Shown piece by piece: positions 34,901-49,604 of a stretch of DNA of 64,000 nucleotides. The notes beneath the pieces are model-generated. The model saw only the letters and a list, made by a program, of their open reading frames with translations, had not been told where the DNA came from and ran no database searches. Made by a program: the position numbers and the translations under genes. The stretch is from NCBI RefSeq assembly GCF_964194025.1, contig NC_134478.1, positions 45,942,001-46,006,000 on the forward strand, given 5' to 3'. Positions within the stretch are counted from its first letter, which is position 1. The number at the start of each line of letters is the position of its first letter. The DNA comes from Convolutriloba macropyga (taxonomy: Eukaryota).

Positions 34901-37900
34901 GAAGCTGGTTATATAATATGCCAGAGGATCTTTTTCATTTGTTGTGAGCGTCATTTCTCTGTCGAATGCTTCATAGCTAAGAGAAAGGAAGTTGGTTCTT
35001 TGTTGTTCCTTATGGCCGAATTTGATTGGACCAGTTATAGTCCAGCCTAACAGATTTCTGGTTGCAAATGGCGTGTTTTTGGGTCCCTGTAAAAACTCTT
35101 TTTTCAGGATGTCCTGTGTTGCGTCAATTCCATGTAATACTTGGATGCGATCGTTTTCCAGTTGGGGAAAACTGATGTGTTGCAAATGGGGATGTTTGCT
35201 GCAAACATCATTCAGTTCTGAAACGGGGGCATCGTCAAAATGCCAATTGTTAATTGAATAAACGTAATTTAAGCGAAACAGTGGTTTCTTACTGTTAAAG
35301 GGTCCAATGTCAAGTTGTACGAGTTTGGCTTCCATTGAAGAATCACCAAAGGTTCTGGAAACGCTCAGAGTTGATTCTAGGCTGGTTCGTGCTGCATTGA
35401 GTTTGGTTACCATGCGATCGAAAACATAAGATATCGTGCTGCAGCTGTCAAGTAATGCATAACATTCGCAGGTTTCGTTGGGACTGTAAAGTTTAATGGG
35501 AACCATAGGAAGCTGATTTCTAATTTTTCGCGGGAAAACAGGCGTGTAGATTGGTGATTTTGTTTCGTTGCTGATCTCATCAAAGGACTCGCATAGTGGT
35601 AATTCGTGTTGAGTAGCGTTTGTTTTTTGCTGTAAGACATAATTGTTGTCATGTAGCTTTGAGTGGTGTTTCCGTGAACAATGTCTGCAGAGAGACTTTA
35701 GATGGACACGTTTTTGCCTTATGAGTTGAGCTAAGACAATTGTAGCAAAGAGAATTCTTTTTGACTTCAGCATTACGTTCAGACGGTGACATTTGCAGCA
35801 ATTTTTGACACTTCCCTATGTAATGTTCTCCTTTATCAACCGGACAAATTGTACTTCTGTTTTGCTGAGACTGTTGTTTCTTTGGATTGAATGGTTTGTG
35901 AACAAAACTCCTGTTGTTGCTTTCAAATGTTTTAACTCTATTAGCGTTGTTGTGATGATGTTCGTTTGCGTTCTGGTTGTTATTGTTCGGGTTGTGGTTG
36001 TGGTGGTTCTTGTTATGGCCGGATTGACTAAATTTTTGGTTTCCGTTTCTTTCTTTTTGCCTGAAATTAGATTTATGGTTAAATTTACCTCTATTGCGGT
36101 CGTTCTTGTGATTTCTGTGGTTCGTGTCGTTGCTGGAAAAGCTGTTGTCTTGTAGATGTTCACGGGCTCTAGCCTGTTTATCCATCCATATCGAGAGGTC
36201 TTCCAATCCGGGAAATGGACTTCCATTGTCAACTAGGTGTTCACTCCATTTCATTTTTAATGACCATGGTAGCTTATCCCGGGCAATCCGCACTAAATAG
36301 GTAGAGTTCAAGTCTGCGTTAAAATCATGTGCATTAAATGTCTGGACTAGTTTTCTCAGGAGAGAAGCGTAGCTTATCAATGTTACGTGGTCGCTTGCTT
36401 GTGGTCTGTGCCACAGTTCAAGTTCTTTGGTGAGGGCGGCAACAACGTGTTGAGGATTTCCAAAGCGTCTTTCAAGTTCCAATAAGGCATCATGATAGAA
36501 TCCGGGGTTACAGAGATATCCCGAAATGGCTTCTCTTGCTGGTCCAACGACCAATGTTTGCAGGTAGCTCATTCTTTCGTTGTCAGTGATGTCACAGTTT
36601 TGATGAATAGCTCAGGAAAACAAGCAGGACCATTCATTCCACTTCAGTGGGTCTGCGTCAAATTTTTGTATTCGTATGTCTGACAGCTTGACTGAGCGAT
36701 AGTTGTTTCGAAAGAACGGCTGATGATGATAGCTGTCGGAATATAGGGGATGCGCGGTTTGCTGATTAGGATTATTTCCATTGTGAATTGGTTGTTGGAG
36801 ATCATTTACATTTTCCGAAGAGGATTGTTGAGGGTTTGTACAGATATTAGGTTGAACATATTGTTCTCGTGTCGTTGGCAGTTGCTGATGGAGGCCTGCT
36901 GGATGTAGCATCTGCTGAGCAAAGTTACTGCTCTGGCAGTAATTTTGTTTGATTGAAGCCTTTTGTTGATTTTGACCAAAAATTTCAGGCAGGTTATTTG
37001 CGACACCAAGTGAGTTGAGCGATTCCCTTTCCTTCCAGTTTATGAGATGCTGACTGCTGTGGCTCGGTTGAAAAAATGTATGGCTTTGCGCAGAGGGGAT
37101 GTTTTGCCGAACTCGATGATGAATTTGAGGATCATTTGCTTGGAGATTCATAATTGAAATACTCTGGTTGCTACTGAGGCTGCGGTTGGGTTGCGAATTG
37201 CAAAAATGCTGGTTTAGCTCAATTTGAGTTAATAATGGGATCGATGTAGAGAGTTGGGTTGGGTTTGATCCGATCCGTTGAGGATCTGAATTCAGATCGG
37301 CGTGTGATGCCGTTGAGATTTCTCTTGGTTGGCATGCAACGTTTTGACATTCCTGTAAGCTTGCCACCACCTCTGTGATTCCACCGTTCTCTTTCGGTAG
37401 AACACAAGGTTCTGGTGTTTTTTGACGGAATGTGTTATCGAATTCTCGTTGTTGCTGACTTTTCAGACCACTATGCGTCTTAGTTTGTAGCATTTTCTGC
37501 CCTGAAGGCAAATAGATTTCCTCAGGGTTTTGTGGGTAGTTGGGCTCCACGTCGTTGTTTCGCAGATTATTAGGAACAATAGAAATGGGATTTTCGTTTG
37601 TCCAGTCGTGAGCACCAGATCTGTCTATATGATTTACATCGTTTTTATCAGATTCATATTCTTGTGAAATGACGTTCTGAATTGGGAGAGCTACTTGTGG
37701 GTCAAAAGCTGCTTCTCTTCCCGTGCATGCGCCCAATTTCGGTATGCTCCGGTTCGGCAAATTGTACTTGCCAATCGTTGTTGTTATTGTTTCGGTTTCT
37801 TTGGTTTGCATTTTTGTTCCTCCTGAGGATTCAGCAGTGTCTTTCGAAGAAAGGAGTATGTTGTTTTGGTTGTCAAAATGCCTGCTTTATGTGGATTTCT

Positions 37901-38394
37901 GCTGATTTTTTCTCGAAGTGCTTGAAACAGCTGACATTCGACTTCTAAGTGATGATCTGCTACTTGCTCTTGAGGTTTCGTTTCTCATCGAAATTTCGTG
38001 TTGCTTGACGATTTGCATAATTTCAATTTTCATTGTAGTGAGCTCCTCTGCCTCTTCAAGAGCTTCCAAGACTGCTTTCAGACTGGGCCATTACGTCCAC
38101 ACTTTTTTCTGTTTGTTCGACAATTCGGGTGAATTCCTGAAACGACTGAGAAACTATTTCTGAATCAAGATTTTTCTGATATTTGCCTCCTTATTTCGCC
38201 CTCAAGCAGTTGTGCGTTTTTAAAACGTTGGTGGAGAAGCTTGACAATGCTATTTATGCTTTGCTTGCTATTTCCGAACTTTGATTTTCTTATTAGCGTC
38301 GTTTGCATTTTTGTTGCTCTTTATATGTTGTGGTCTTATTGAGGGGTAGGTTCGTACATGTAGAAACCTGAAATGTATTGGATACTTAAGGGCC

Positions 38395-39560
38395 AAATTG
38401 GTGACCTTAGGAGGTTGATATTTGTCAATTTGGATGACGTTGGCGGACACCCGGACAGTTTTGTGAGAAATTTTGGGGTGAGCTTGGAGGGCACCTTGGG
38501 TTTCTTCGAGGGTAGAGAGAGATCAACTTGAGTGAACTCAGGGGCACTTTGGTGACCTTTGGATTGGACTCTGGTTGACCTTTGAGGGCGTTTGGGTAAC
38601 CTTGGGGGAGGTGACCTTTGGTTGACCTTTGGGGCACTTTGGGTGACGTTGGGGGACATTTATGGACTTGGGGAACTCTGGGTAACATTTGCATGAACTT
38701 GGGGGACCCTGGTTGACCTTTAGGGGCACTTTGGGTGACCTTTGGGGGCACTTTTGGGACCTTGGGGGCACTCTGGTTGACCTTGGGGGGCCCTTGTGTG
38801 ACCTTGGGGGGTACTCTGGGTGACCTTTGGGGGATTCTGGGTGACTTTTGGGGGTACTTTGGGTGACCTCGGGGAGCCCTTGTGTGACCTTGGGGGGTAC
38901 TCTGGTTGACCTTTGGGGCACTTTGGGTGACGTTTGGGGGGGCTTTTTTGACCTTGGAGGGCACTCTGGGTGACCTTTGGGGACACTTTGAGTGAGCTTG
39001 GGTGGACTCTGGGTGACCTTTGGGTGACCTTGGGGGCTCTGGGTATCTTTTGGAGCACTTTGGGTGACGTTGGGGTGCCCTTTTGTGACCTTGGAGGGCA
39101 CTCTGGGTGACCTTTTGGGGCACTTTGGGTGACCTTTGGGGGCACTTTGGGTGACGTTGGGGGGCACTTTTGTGACCTTGGGGGGCACTCTGGGTGACCT
39201 TGGGGGGCCCTTGTGTGACCCTGGGGGTACTCTGGGTGACCTTTGGGGCACTTGGGTTGACCTTTGGGGGCACTTTGGGTGACATTTGGGATGCCTTTTT
39301 TGACCTTGGGGGCACTCTGGGTGACCTTTGGGGACACTTTGGGTGAGCTTGGTTGGACTCTGGGTGACCTTTGGTTGACCTTGGGGGGCTCTGGGTGACC
39401 TTTTGGGACACTTTGGTGACGTTGTGGTGACCTGGGTGACCTTTTGGGGCACTTTGGGTGACCTTTGGGGGCACTTTGGGTGACCTTGGTGGGCACTCTG
39501 GGTGACCTTTGGGCAAACTTTGGATGACCTTTGGGAGGACTTTGGGTGACCTTGGGGACC
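38395..39560. repeat. G-rich ~20 bp minisatellite (consensus GGGCACTTTGGGTGACCTTT)
   Basis: Dozens of degenerate GGGTGACCTT/GGGCACT(T/C)T units. Confidence 0.95.
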
Positions 39561-40005
39561 AAAGATCGGCTGCTGTAGACTGGTTCTACTGGCGCAACGA
39601 TGATTTCGGCTGGTTGAGGCTGCACAGGAGTCCAGTCGGCCGGATTGCACTGGTTGGCTGCTGGGGTGGTGTAGATGTTGACTACAGCTTGTAGGTTCCA
39701 CTGGTGGAACGATGAAGTCGGCTGGTTGAGGCTGCACAGGAATCCGGTTGGCCGGAGGCACTGGCTGGCTGCTGGAGTAATGTAATCTTTGCAAAATTTT
39801 CACCGGACCCGAATTTTTTAATATAACATTTTGAACTGCTAATAATTTTAACAATCGCTTCGCTGATAGCCGTTTTTTTTCAAAAAAAGGAAAATCTTGA
39901 GTTATAGTTACCCAAACCCTGTTGGTAATTGGTGACTAAGCCTCTTCAGGGAGGGGGGGGGGTTGGGGTGTGTTATTTGCCCCGAGAATCAATAAATGGA
40001 GTGAT

Positions 40006-40008
<3 letters not shown>

Positions 40009-40050
<42 letters not shown>
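40009..40050. repeat. (AT)n microsatellite
   Basis: Read directly. Confidence 0.95.
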
Positions 40051-40053
<3 letters not shown>

Positions 40054-41819
40054 GTTCTCAAAGCTTATCTGAATTGTCATTTCTTTTCACAGAACACCTG
40101 CACGAGACACTTCCATGATACAATTTCAACTTTTGTCCAATTCCAACATTTCACGTATTTCTTTTTCAATGTAGCTTCCTTTCCACCCTCTTTAGCATCA
40201 GTGTTGACCAACTTGCCCACAGAGGAGGTTGCTCTGTTGTTCGGGTTGGATCTGTTCGTTTGAAGCGCGAAGCGCCAAATGACAATGTCGATGCTTCTTG
40301 GGGGAGTCGTTTGGTTCTCAAAAACCTTAGTCCTCAAAATTACCTTAATTCCATTGTTGCCACGTGCCCTTTTTTGGTTTCAAATTCTTGTGTTATGAAT
40401 CAATATCTTTTAGTTTACAACGATTATGACAATTTTGCGGTAAATATTTAGCGCCATTGAAAGAAGATTATCGATGTCGATAACTTCGCTTGTCACAATA
40501 TTGGAGTTCAAAGACGTCACAATTGAATATTTTTATTTTTTTTACGAAATCGAATATGGTTTTAACGGGTTCGATGCCGTTTTCTTGCAAAACTTAATTG
40601 AGTTGTTGCTTTTCGTTTTTATTTGGACTTGATGTCTTCATATAAAGTTGACTGAACAAAAACCTATTTAAAAATATTTGTTGATATTTAATGGTTTTTT
40701 GAAATTATTTTGCCTTCCAAAAAATTAAACGTAATTTTCAACAATTCCGAATTTGGCCTTTTTGCCTACCTAAAACCGATTGTCATGATTGGTTGTTCCC
40801 ATATAGTTTAGTGAAGTTGAAATTATTAGTTTAGTTGAAGTTTTATTTGACGTCATATAGACATTGATTTGGATATAAAGTTTGTTGTTGATATTTGATT
40901 TTGCTGTTTGTCTTTGTTTCGTAGTCTTAACGATGGCATGCCACATCGGCCCTATAGTGTGGCATTATTCACTTTACTAAGTGATATGAATTGGGATTTT
41001 TTTCATAAACCAACTGTTTGTCAAAATTCTTCGAGTTTTTGAAAATTTTCAATCTGTTCCTCATTTGGTAGAGAGTTCAGCCAGAAATGTGGATAAGCGG
41101 GGTCGCAACATCATGTGCGAATGGTATCTGAATTAGAATTCGGAGTGGGGGGATGAATACTATCCTACGCCTCTTTCCCATGTCTTGACTTTTCCAGACA
41201 CGTTCACAAAAGTGCCAGTTTTCTACGCAAAGTCTGAAAGTGTGCCTCTGTATCCGAAAACTATTGCTTTATACAAAATTTGGATTTTGACCTCTGGAAA
41301 CTGTTTTTTATTTGGAGAGCGTTGTAAACAACTCTGCTTGGACGTAAAATTAGCGGCAGTTAAAAGTAGTTATTTCATTGAATTTACTTTTTGATCAAAT
41401 TTGGCTACCGACTGCAAATAAAAGCTGACAAAATCAGACTTTCGAAGTTTCAATTCATTCAAACGATATAGAGCAACATATTAAGATTTTTAATGATCCT
41501 AGCAACAAGTGAGAATTTAGAAGGCAAGGTTTTTTTGTTGCTCTTTTACCGGTTTTTTGTCTGATGTTATTTACGCCAAAATTGGTTCACAATTGGTCAT
41601 CAATCGTCTAATAAACCTTAAAAAAATAAGCTGAAAACAGCCTTATTTGATACATATCATAATATTGTTCACATAAAATTAGGTTATACAAACTTTTTCT
41701 GGCTCTGGCTTTAATACGTAAATTGGAACGACTTCTGTGCGCTTTTTAAATACTTGAATCTGATCAGCTGAGAAAAATGACGCATTTTGATACATTCTAG
41801 CTTACATGTATTTACTTAG

Positions 41820-44800
41820 TAACACAAAGACGGCGGAGCGTCCTACGCTCTCGGAGCCATAAAGGAGCTCAGTAATCCGAGCAGTAGGGTAGTAACACCT
41901 TGGGTGGTATCTTCGACTACCCAGACCAAGTCGTCGGTCTTTAGGTATTTCTCGGCAGGCGTCTGCCAATTAGAAGGTCGGTTCAATGCCGGTACGTACT
42001 CGTTGATGCAACGTGACCAAAGTGTGTTAGCGTACGACTGTTTGTGGGCGAATTGTTTACGGTGATAGAATTGGTGAATGCCAACGACTGATGGATTTGC
42101 GTTTGCCGTGTTACCAAGTAGAAATAGATTAGGTGTTGTTGCGCTTAAGTCAGACGGCTCGGCGCTTACGGGCATTAACCGGCGTGCGTTAAGTGAGTAT
42201 TCCACGAAACAAAAAGTAGTGCTCAAAACTTTGTCAAAGAAGCGAAAAGTACCGAGGATAGTGTAAAGTAATTGCAGAAAACTACGTACAATTTTCTCCC
42301 AGATGCCACTTTGATGTGGCGCACTCGGCGGATGTGGCGCACTCGGCGGACTGAACCAATTAATGTCTTTGTGTTCAAGTTCGGCGTCGTTGTTGATGGA
42401 GTTCCATTTTTCAAAAATCTCGCGGACCTCTTTCTCCGCACCAACAACTAATCTCGGGGAGTTCTTCCTCGACGAGAGGCAAAACGCTCTATTCCTATTG
42501 CACATGAGTTAGCGTCCATGGACAGGACAATATACACATTGACAGCACCAGCAGTCAAACAAGTGAAGAGGGATCCCCAGCTGTTCTCGTTAGTTCGATG
42601 AAAGGTAGCGTAAAACGGCCCAACGTAAAACGGCCGTGTTGGTAAACGGAGGAGATTGGTATTTAAGTCTTTCTACTGGGAGGTCAGCCATAATGGGTTG
42701 AAAAATGGCACCGCGGATTATTCTGCAATTAATACAGCTAGATTTTTTTGAACGGAGTGGGAATCCTATTTCGAGGATGACATAACGTTCTTGTAATTTA
42801 GCGCGCAGTTAGTCAACACCTTGATGGTGGCTTTTTACGTGGGTAAGCCGCAGAGACAGTTTTACAAATACATGGCGCGAGTCAAGAACAATAGGATGTT
42901 TCACATCAAAATCAATTTCGACCAACCGTTTGACGCTGCCAGTCGAACGGATTGGACCTTTTGGTCCTACGAAGGCGGAACACGGGGCATTAAGGCTACT
43001 CCGTTTAACGGATTTGTTTTCCAGGAGATCTTTACTCTCGGAATTTAAAGACTCTACTTGAAAAAGATACTGAAAATGAGGCTCGGTTGGAGCTATTATA
43101 CTACCATCGAGATTACGGTAGCATTCAGGTGAGAGTAACAATGATGTCTTAGTATTACCATTTTATTTGGTGGCTATACCGAGTTTGATCTAATAAACTA
43201 CTTCAGTGGTTGGTTCGAAAAGGAATTGCTTGGGTCTTATGAAATATGGGCACTTCGGCCAACTACTTAAATGTAAAACCTCATTCCTGACATACCACGA
43301 GTGTTGGCGTCTGCCAGGCTCTCACTTGAGGCAACGTGGTTCCATCCGACAACGCTATTGTAATCTAAGATCTCGCTAACACGGTTTGCAACGATTATTT
43401 GGTGCATGGTTTTAGAATTAAGCCATTGCAAGACAGTAATGCTGTCGGTTCACATGAAAGCCTCGTTGAAATTCACTGGGAGAGCTCGCCAGATTTCTTG
43501 TTTCAATTGGACGGCCAAAAGCGCTGACTGTAATTCCAGCTTTTGACCTGTCACCACCTTCATAAGTGCTCTAAGTGCGTTAGCCAGGACAAACGCAAGC
43601 TCCGTTTGATTCCCACTCGAAGTAGTTATTCGAGCTCGGAGGAATGTAACGGCACTAAAAATTTCTTCCGAGCTATCACCAAACATCTGCAATTCCAAGT
43701 GTTTGAAGGTTCACGAAAAGTAGTTCCTCGGTATAGTGATTTTGCAAGCTTGCGTAGTTCTACACCCCATCCAAAGAACCTTTCAACAGTGTCTTTTGGT
43801 AGCTCTTCATCCCAATGCTGCCTGCTGTTTCGCCAGATGTCCTTCAGTAACAGTCGGGCGCTAACGGTGAATGGTGCCAATAGACCAAAGGGATCAAATA
43901 ACTTAGACACTAGGCTAAGTACCAAGCGATGTGTTTAAGACTTAGCTACTGTTCTGGAGGTACCTCTTCTCAACACCAGAGTGCCATTGTTGTGATCCCA
44001 TTTCAACCCAAGCACATGCAAAGACTCCTTCTTAGATGACGCGATTACTAATGATTCGGTGGTCTGGGTTGACCCATTAAGTTGATCAGCCATACCTGGT
44101 ACATTGCTTACAAACTGACTGAGCTTGAACCCATCTAGACGGAGAAGATGCACGAATTACTTTGATCTGTTGTAGAGCCTTCTCAAAGGACTCCGCCGAA
44201 TCTAGGTAATCGTCCATGCAGAAATTTTCTAGGACGGCTTAGTTTGCTTCCAGGTTTTGACCTTTGTTGTCTGAGGCCTTGCGTTGTAATGCATAGTTAG
44301 CGCAAGTGGGCGAGTCGTTAGCCCCAAAAATATGGCGCGTGTAATGATACACTACATTTGTTGTGGGTATCTCTCGCCACAAAACAACGCAGTGATGTCT
44401 GGTCATGGTCTGGTACAACAACCTGGCGAAACATATCCTCTATATTTGCGGCGAAACCTAAGTTCATATTCATATCTATATTCATATTGAACTAATCTAT
44501 TTTCATATTGACGAAACCTAAGTAGTACAGGGATTAAATTCTTGAGCAAGTCGGGGCCTGTGAGATAAGATTTGTTCGATGAAGTACCGTGGAACTCCGC
44601 TGCACCTTTTACTACCCTACTCACGTTAACGGGTTTTTTAGGGTTGATTACGGGATGACGTGGTAGGTAGCGCCCTTTGCCTGACCGCTGCTCGACCATG
44701 TGAACTTCAGAAACTCGTATTTTACATCACTGAGGTTATTAGACTTCACTTAGGTTTTTACACATTCAAGGTCATCACTGATGGTTTTTGCGTAATTATT

Positions 44801-47470
44801 TTTTAATGATGTCTATCGCTAGATTTAGTTAACCTGCTTGTACGCGTCGTACGGTTCCATATCGTACCATGACTTTACCTGACGGGCAATTTCCTAATCC
44901 GGCTCAATATTGGCTGTGTAACAAATTGACACTAAACTTCAACTTGTATTTTTTGTCGGCCGCAAAATAATCTAACGGACGGATCGCATGGTAGACATTC
45001 TGTCCAAGTATCATCTCAAGGTCTCATAGCTATATTTTAATGTGGAAATGTTTCTTGCAGGGGCTTAACGTCAATGATGTTACCGACATTTAACGTTTCC
45101 CTCACATAGGGACGCGCATTGAATGCTTCGAAATCTTGATGTTTATGACGTGTCACAATCAATTGAACAACTTTTGTCTCCATTAGTTCTCTATTTTTAC
45201 CTTTGACGGTCAATCTTAATGCAAACCTTTCTTGCAAACCGAGTCTAGTTGCTAGACTATCGGATACCCAAGATTTACTGCAAGCGGTATCGCACAAAGC
45301 CTACGCCCTAGTATTAGTTCCAGAAGAATTAGTCATTTGCAATTCTTTCAGCTGAAGGAGGCCATTCACATCTATGGCGTCTATGACGAAGACATAGTGG
45401 TCGTCTTGCTTTGTTGCTGTTGACCAGTAGATGGTTTCATACTACTACATACAGTTGAATTTGAAATATTGAAGTTGTTAATTGATAATTTAGCTGGAAA
45501 AACCCTTTTGGCTCCGTAAGGTGTTATGGCAGCTGTTGCAATCATCTTTTCTATTTTACTGAGACTTGGTCACTACCTAAGCAAATGGTCACCACGCAAG
45601 CAAGAGAAACAGAGTTTTGCCTCAGCCACTACTTTGGCTCGCTGAGCGGGAGTCGTTTCCTTGATGACACGACATTCCAACAGACAATGGCTGCTTTTCT
45701 ATAAAATGATGCTTGAGATAGATGTTGAAGAAATTTGTTGTAACTTGTGGTGATTCTTCTGTCGCGTATTTGCGGCAATTGCTTTCGATTGAAATTTTGT
45801 ATTGTTACTGGTCTGAGGGAATCGTCAGTCTTGGTTTTAGTTTAGCTTTCTTCATTAAATCGTGTGCTTCGGCCTTCTTCTCCTTTAACCAATCGTTATA
45901 TTCGAGAATAGTTGGTTTCATCTAATGCGGGTCATTCCTCTTGCTATTTATGACGTCAGCTAAGGCCGTCATCAGGCTGGCATTTTGGGCTGCTGGCGCC
46001 GGAGGCACAGTGGAATCAGAGCAGTATGCCGAAACGTTGGAGGTATAACGTGAGTGACAAAAGATGGCGCTATGTTAATGGTTGTACTGAAGGGGCTAAC
46101 GGGGATGCTAAATGTGCGTGGTATGGGTATATGTAGCTGTGTGTCTTGTGGATTGTTAAATTGAGGTAGATTCTGTTGTTGTGCAAAAGGAGGAATGAGC
46201 AGATACAGCTGACCATGAATACTACAGATTCTTGGTCTCAAATGTACAGCGGATTGATCCATGAGTTGATTTGCTGGTGGGTTTGTTGAAAAAGCAGGTA
46301 CAAAAATGTGGGAATTCGATAGTGCCATAAAAGGTGTCGGTGGCCGAGTAGGCTGCATAGGTGGCTGAAGTGGTAGGAATGCGACCTTTTTTTACGTCGG
46401 CTGGTACTTGGTTCATTGGGTTCACCAGACTACTGCCTGAGGGACTATGTCCCTGATCGAACCCTTGTCACTGACGGATTGCTGCAGTTGAATATGGAGG
46501 TATTCCCGATACAACGCCTACTGCTGCGCAATGAAAACTGAAACTCCTGGAATTGTGTACTGAGATAGCATTTCAAGGGGATTTAAGTTACCGGCAACGT
46601 CAGTCGAGTTTTCTGGAGGATGACTAACGGCAGTGTCTTGAGCGGGATGATTGTCTGTTACTGTTACTGCTTCAAGAAGAGAGAAATTTAACTCGCTCCC
46701 GATAGTTTTTAAATTACCACGTATAAAGGAATTTACCCAAATACTGAACAGGTTTCTGACTTCTATCTGATCCCCTATCTTTAAGAAATTTTACTTCACT
46801 TGAGTGGTGACTAAACAAAGAACGACTATCCATAAATTCGGCCTCAATTAATATTGCAGCGGCAACACGCTGGCGTTGGTCTCCAATTCTCGAAGTGCCA
46901 TCTGCTGCATTTGTACTTCAAGCTCATTTTTCTGCATGGAAAGTTTGTGTTTTTTATTGAGGCGCATGGCAGCTTGTTCTTTGTTCTAAGCCTCTTTACG
47001 TTTTAATTTTGACATGAGAAAATCATGCTCACGCTGGCTAGACATTAATGACTTTGTTCGGCGTGAACTTCTCTTAGACTGCCATTGAAGACTAAAGCCC
47101 TTGCATACGGTGTCTCGGTCCGCAACGGAGTCATTATAGTTACCAGCCGAAAGCAAGATTTCACCAGTGTTCCCAGTTACATCATCCAACCATTGCTCAA
47201 GGCCAGGATAAATTGAACCTGGGATTTCGGTTATGCTTGCCAAGTCCTAGAGTTCTTCATTCTTATCTACTAGCTTGCTGAAAAAAACTTTTAACTTAGA
47301 AAACGAGCGTTAAATTTTAACCCTTCTGTTCTGTCAGTTTATGGCGTCGGTGATGTCTTTGTGCAGGTTACATAACTCGGATTCCAGATTAGATCTTGCG
47401 TTATAGAGCTTTTTCAATACTTGCTGCTGAACGGCCATTATCTTGAAATGACTAATTTCTCAATGTAGAG
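41820..47470 (-). mobile_element. BEL/Pao LTR retrotransposon BEL-2, heavily degenerate; LTRs not identified
   Basis: Fragments in order: gag; protease CDTACS; YLPRHPVINPKKP; TGPDLL; HIFGANDSP; FDPFG; ELQMFGDSS; KLELQSA; KHPIVL; PPSAPH..GIWE; LNAR; TPNLFLLG. Many stops and frameshifts. Confidence 0.88.
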
Positions 47471-49494
47471 TAACTTTCAACCAAACACGTGGAATGAAGT
47501 TTATACAGTAATTGAGAGCCAGTAATTGAGTAAAGTTGAAAAAGTCAAAAAACAATCCAGCCGAAACTCGTGAATCAACTAAGTCACACACTAAAAAGCT
47601 ATAACACCAAAACAACCAACCAACATACTAGCATAATCAACATACTGCTACTTTTACATACTTCATCACATATGACAACATACTATATCGAAGCAATAAA
47701 TGAAGCCGAGAAATACGACGTTGAACGCAAAGAAATGGAACAATCGGATACGAAAATGAAAAGCGAAATATGGGAGAGTGACGTTATTGAAAAATAAACG
47801 GAACTGGGCAATTTGAAAAGTTAAAAGACTCAAGATACGCGGACGGTACGATATGGAATCGAGAACAAGAAAAAATGTGGCAAGGCAAATTTTTCTTTGT
47901 AGGTCGGATTTTGTGAGTATTTCACAATCGTTATATATTGTGAATTGAGTTTCACTCATTTGACAAACCTTCTCTTGGGAAAGTCGAATTTTTGACAAAT
48001 TTGACAAAAAAATATGACAAAAAATACAATAAATTAAAATATGCGGAGATCACTCAATTGATTGACGTTTTTTTCTATGTTATAAAAACATGTGAACATT
48101 TTTGACATGAAACGTAAAGTTTGCGAATCAAAGTTGGATGTTGTAAATTGAATATGGGGAAGATCTTCACCTCTAATCAGAGGCTGTTGATGTCAGGGTA
48201 GGGGGATTAGTTAGTTGGATACATTTTCTGTCGAAATTTTTTTAAATAGGGACTAGCATATGTGGGCATGCAAGAAGTGACACAGAAGCATCGACTTACT
48301 AGTCAATTATTCTTTTAAATGAGGCTTATTATGCAAGACCTTGCATACCTGCAAATGACGCTTATTTGCAAGATCTTGAATTTTTTTTCCAAAAGACGAT
48401 TATCTTGCCATATGCAAGATGAGTGATTATCTTCGTTGCATTTTGGAGGGCTCGATGGCTATCTTTGAATAATTCTGCATCATTTAAGATAGCCATATAG
48501 AAAATGGACTAGCTCAGAAGATGTTTCGTAGGATCCCCAAATAAGCTGTATGTGACCCCATCTCTAGTGTCGATTACCTTTGAAGCGTCTGGTGGACAAC
48601 TTGTGTAGCTAAGAGGAGTAGTCTGATTGTGGAAGCTGTTTGGGATTTAGTTGGGAAACCCAAAATTTGTAAACTTTTTGTGGACCTCTAACTGTTACAA
48701 ATGGATCGAAGCATTAGGAGGAAGTTAGGTCACTATAATGAGGATAGAGAACGATAAATCAAGGGAGAATTAAACGGAATCAAATTATATGAAGAGTGTT
48801 GTATCCACAAAGGATATATTTTAAATTCTGCAATGCAAAAGCTTATTGTAGAATCAATTTGTAATTTGAGGGTCACTTCGGCTCACCACACAGTTGAACT
48901 TATTTCAGCGAGGGGAAATACACTTCTCTGTGATATGTCAAAACACGGACTGATAGAACAGATTAAACTTACAACTAGTTGCTAGCTATGCAAAGGAAAG
49001 GAATAAAATTAAAATTGGAATTAAAATTAATAAATACCTGATTATAATTTGATTATAATAACTGCAACCTGAAAAGTAAATTGTTTACGTTATGATCTAA
49101 TTGAATACCGCGATTCACCTGTATGTAATGTATATGAACTTATTAGTAACCTGTCTTGGTGGATGAACAACTAAATTATTTATTACAATCACTGGTAGTA
49201 ATATAGAAATTTATTAGAACACTGCTTCCTGCTCACTAGATCTCTTAATTCCTAGTATGCTCAGATAAAAACTGAGTGTGTTTTACTGAGTAAAATACAA
49301 GCGATACCTGTAGTAATACAAGTAAAATAAACAAGCGATTGATGATTGCGGATAAAGAGTCGCGTCAAGACAATTTGAAGGGTCTTATGATCTGTGCGTA
49401 TCCACAGTGCACAAGTTTCTTGCAAAAGAGGTGAGCTTCAATCTCATTGATCAAGCGGCGGCAAATTCCCGTAGAGGTGTCAGGACAATTCACC

Positions 49495-49604
49495 CCATGC
49501 CATTATACCCAATGCCAAAATACCCAATGCCATTATACCCAATGCCAATATACCCAATGCCATTATACCCAATGCCAATATACCCAATGCCATTATACCC
49601 AATG
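49495..49604. repeat. 15 bp tandem repeat (CCAATGCCA(T/A)TATAC) x ~7
   Basis: Read directly; it produces the YPMP repeat pseudo-ORF. Confidence 0.95.

Larger units (their letters stand above)
38242..40060. mobile_element. 1.8 kb nested insertion with TG...CA ends and 5 bp TSD (AAGCT); solo-LTR-like
   Basis: AAGCT|TGACAATG...GAAGTTCTCA|AAGCT interrupts BEL-1 gag; AATAAA at 39991; contains a minisatellite and an (AT)n tract. Confidence 0.75.
32530..40485 (-). mobile_element. BEL/Pao LTR retrotransposon BEL-1 (defective; integrase deleted; nested insert)
   Basis: 3' LTR 32530-32784 and 5' LTR 40280-40485 (internal deletion); TSD TCACT/TCGCT; PBS-like TTTGGCGC next to the 5' LTR. Gag shows FDADPLKW, DUF1759-like and CCHC knuckles; protease ALLDSCS; RT YLPHHPV, ADIEAMF, YMDD. 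Confidence 0.92.

Noticed and set aside
38425-39854. Three long overlapping minus-strand ORFs (301-438 aa) rich in SPK/SPR/PKVTQ, resembling a basic repeat protein
   Set aside because: All three frames are open because the C-rich strand of a 20 bp minisatellite lacks stop codons; the unit is not a multiple of 3 and the frames give permutations of the same peptide.
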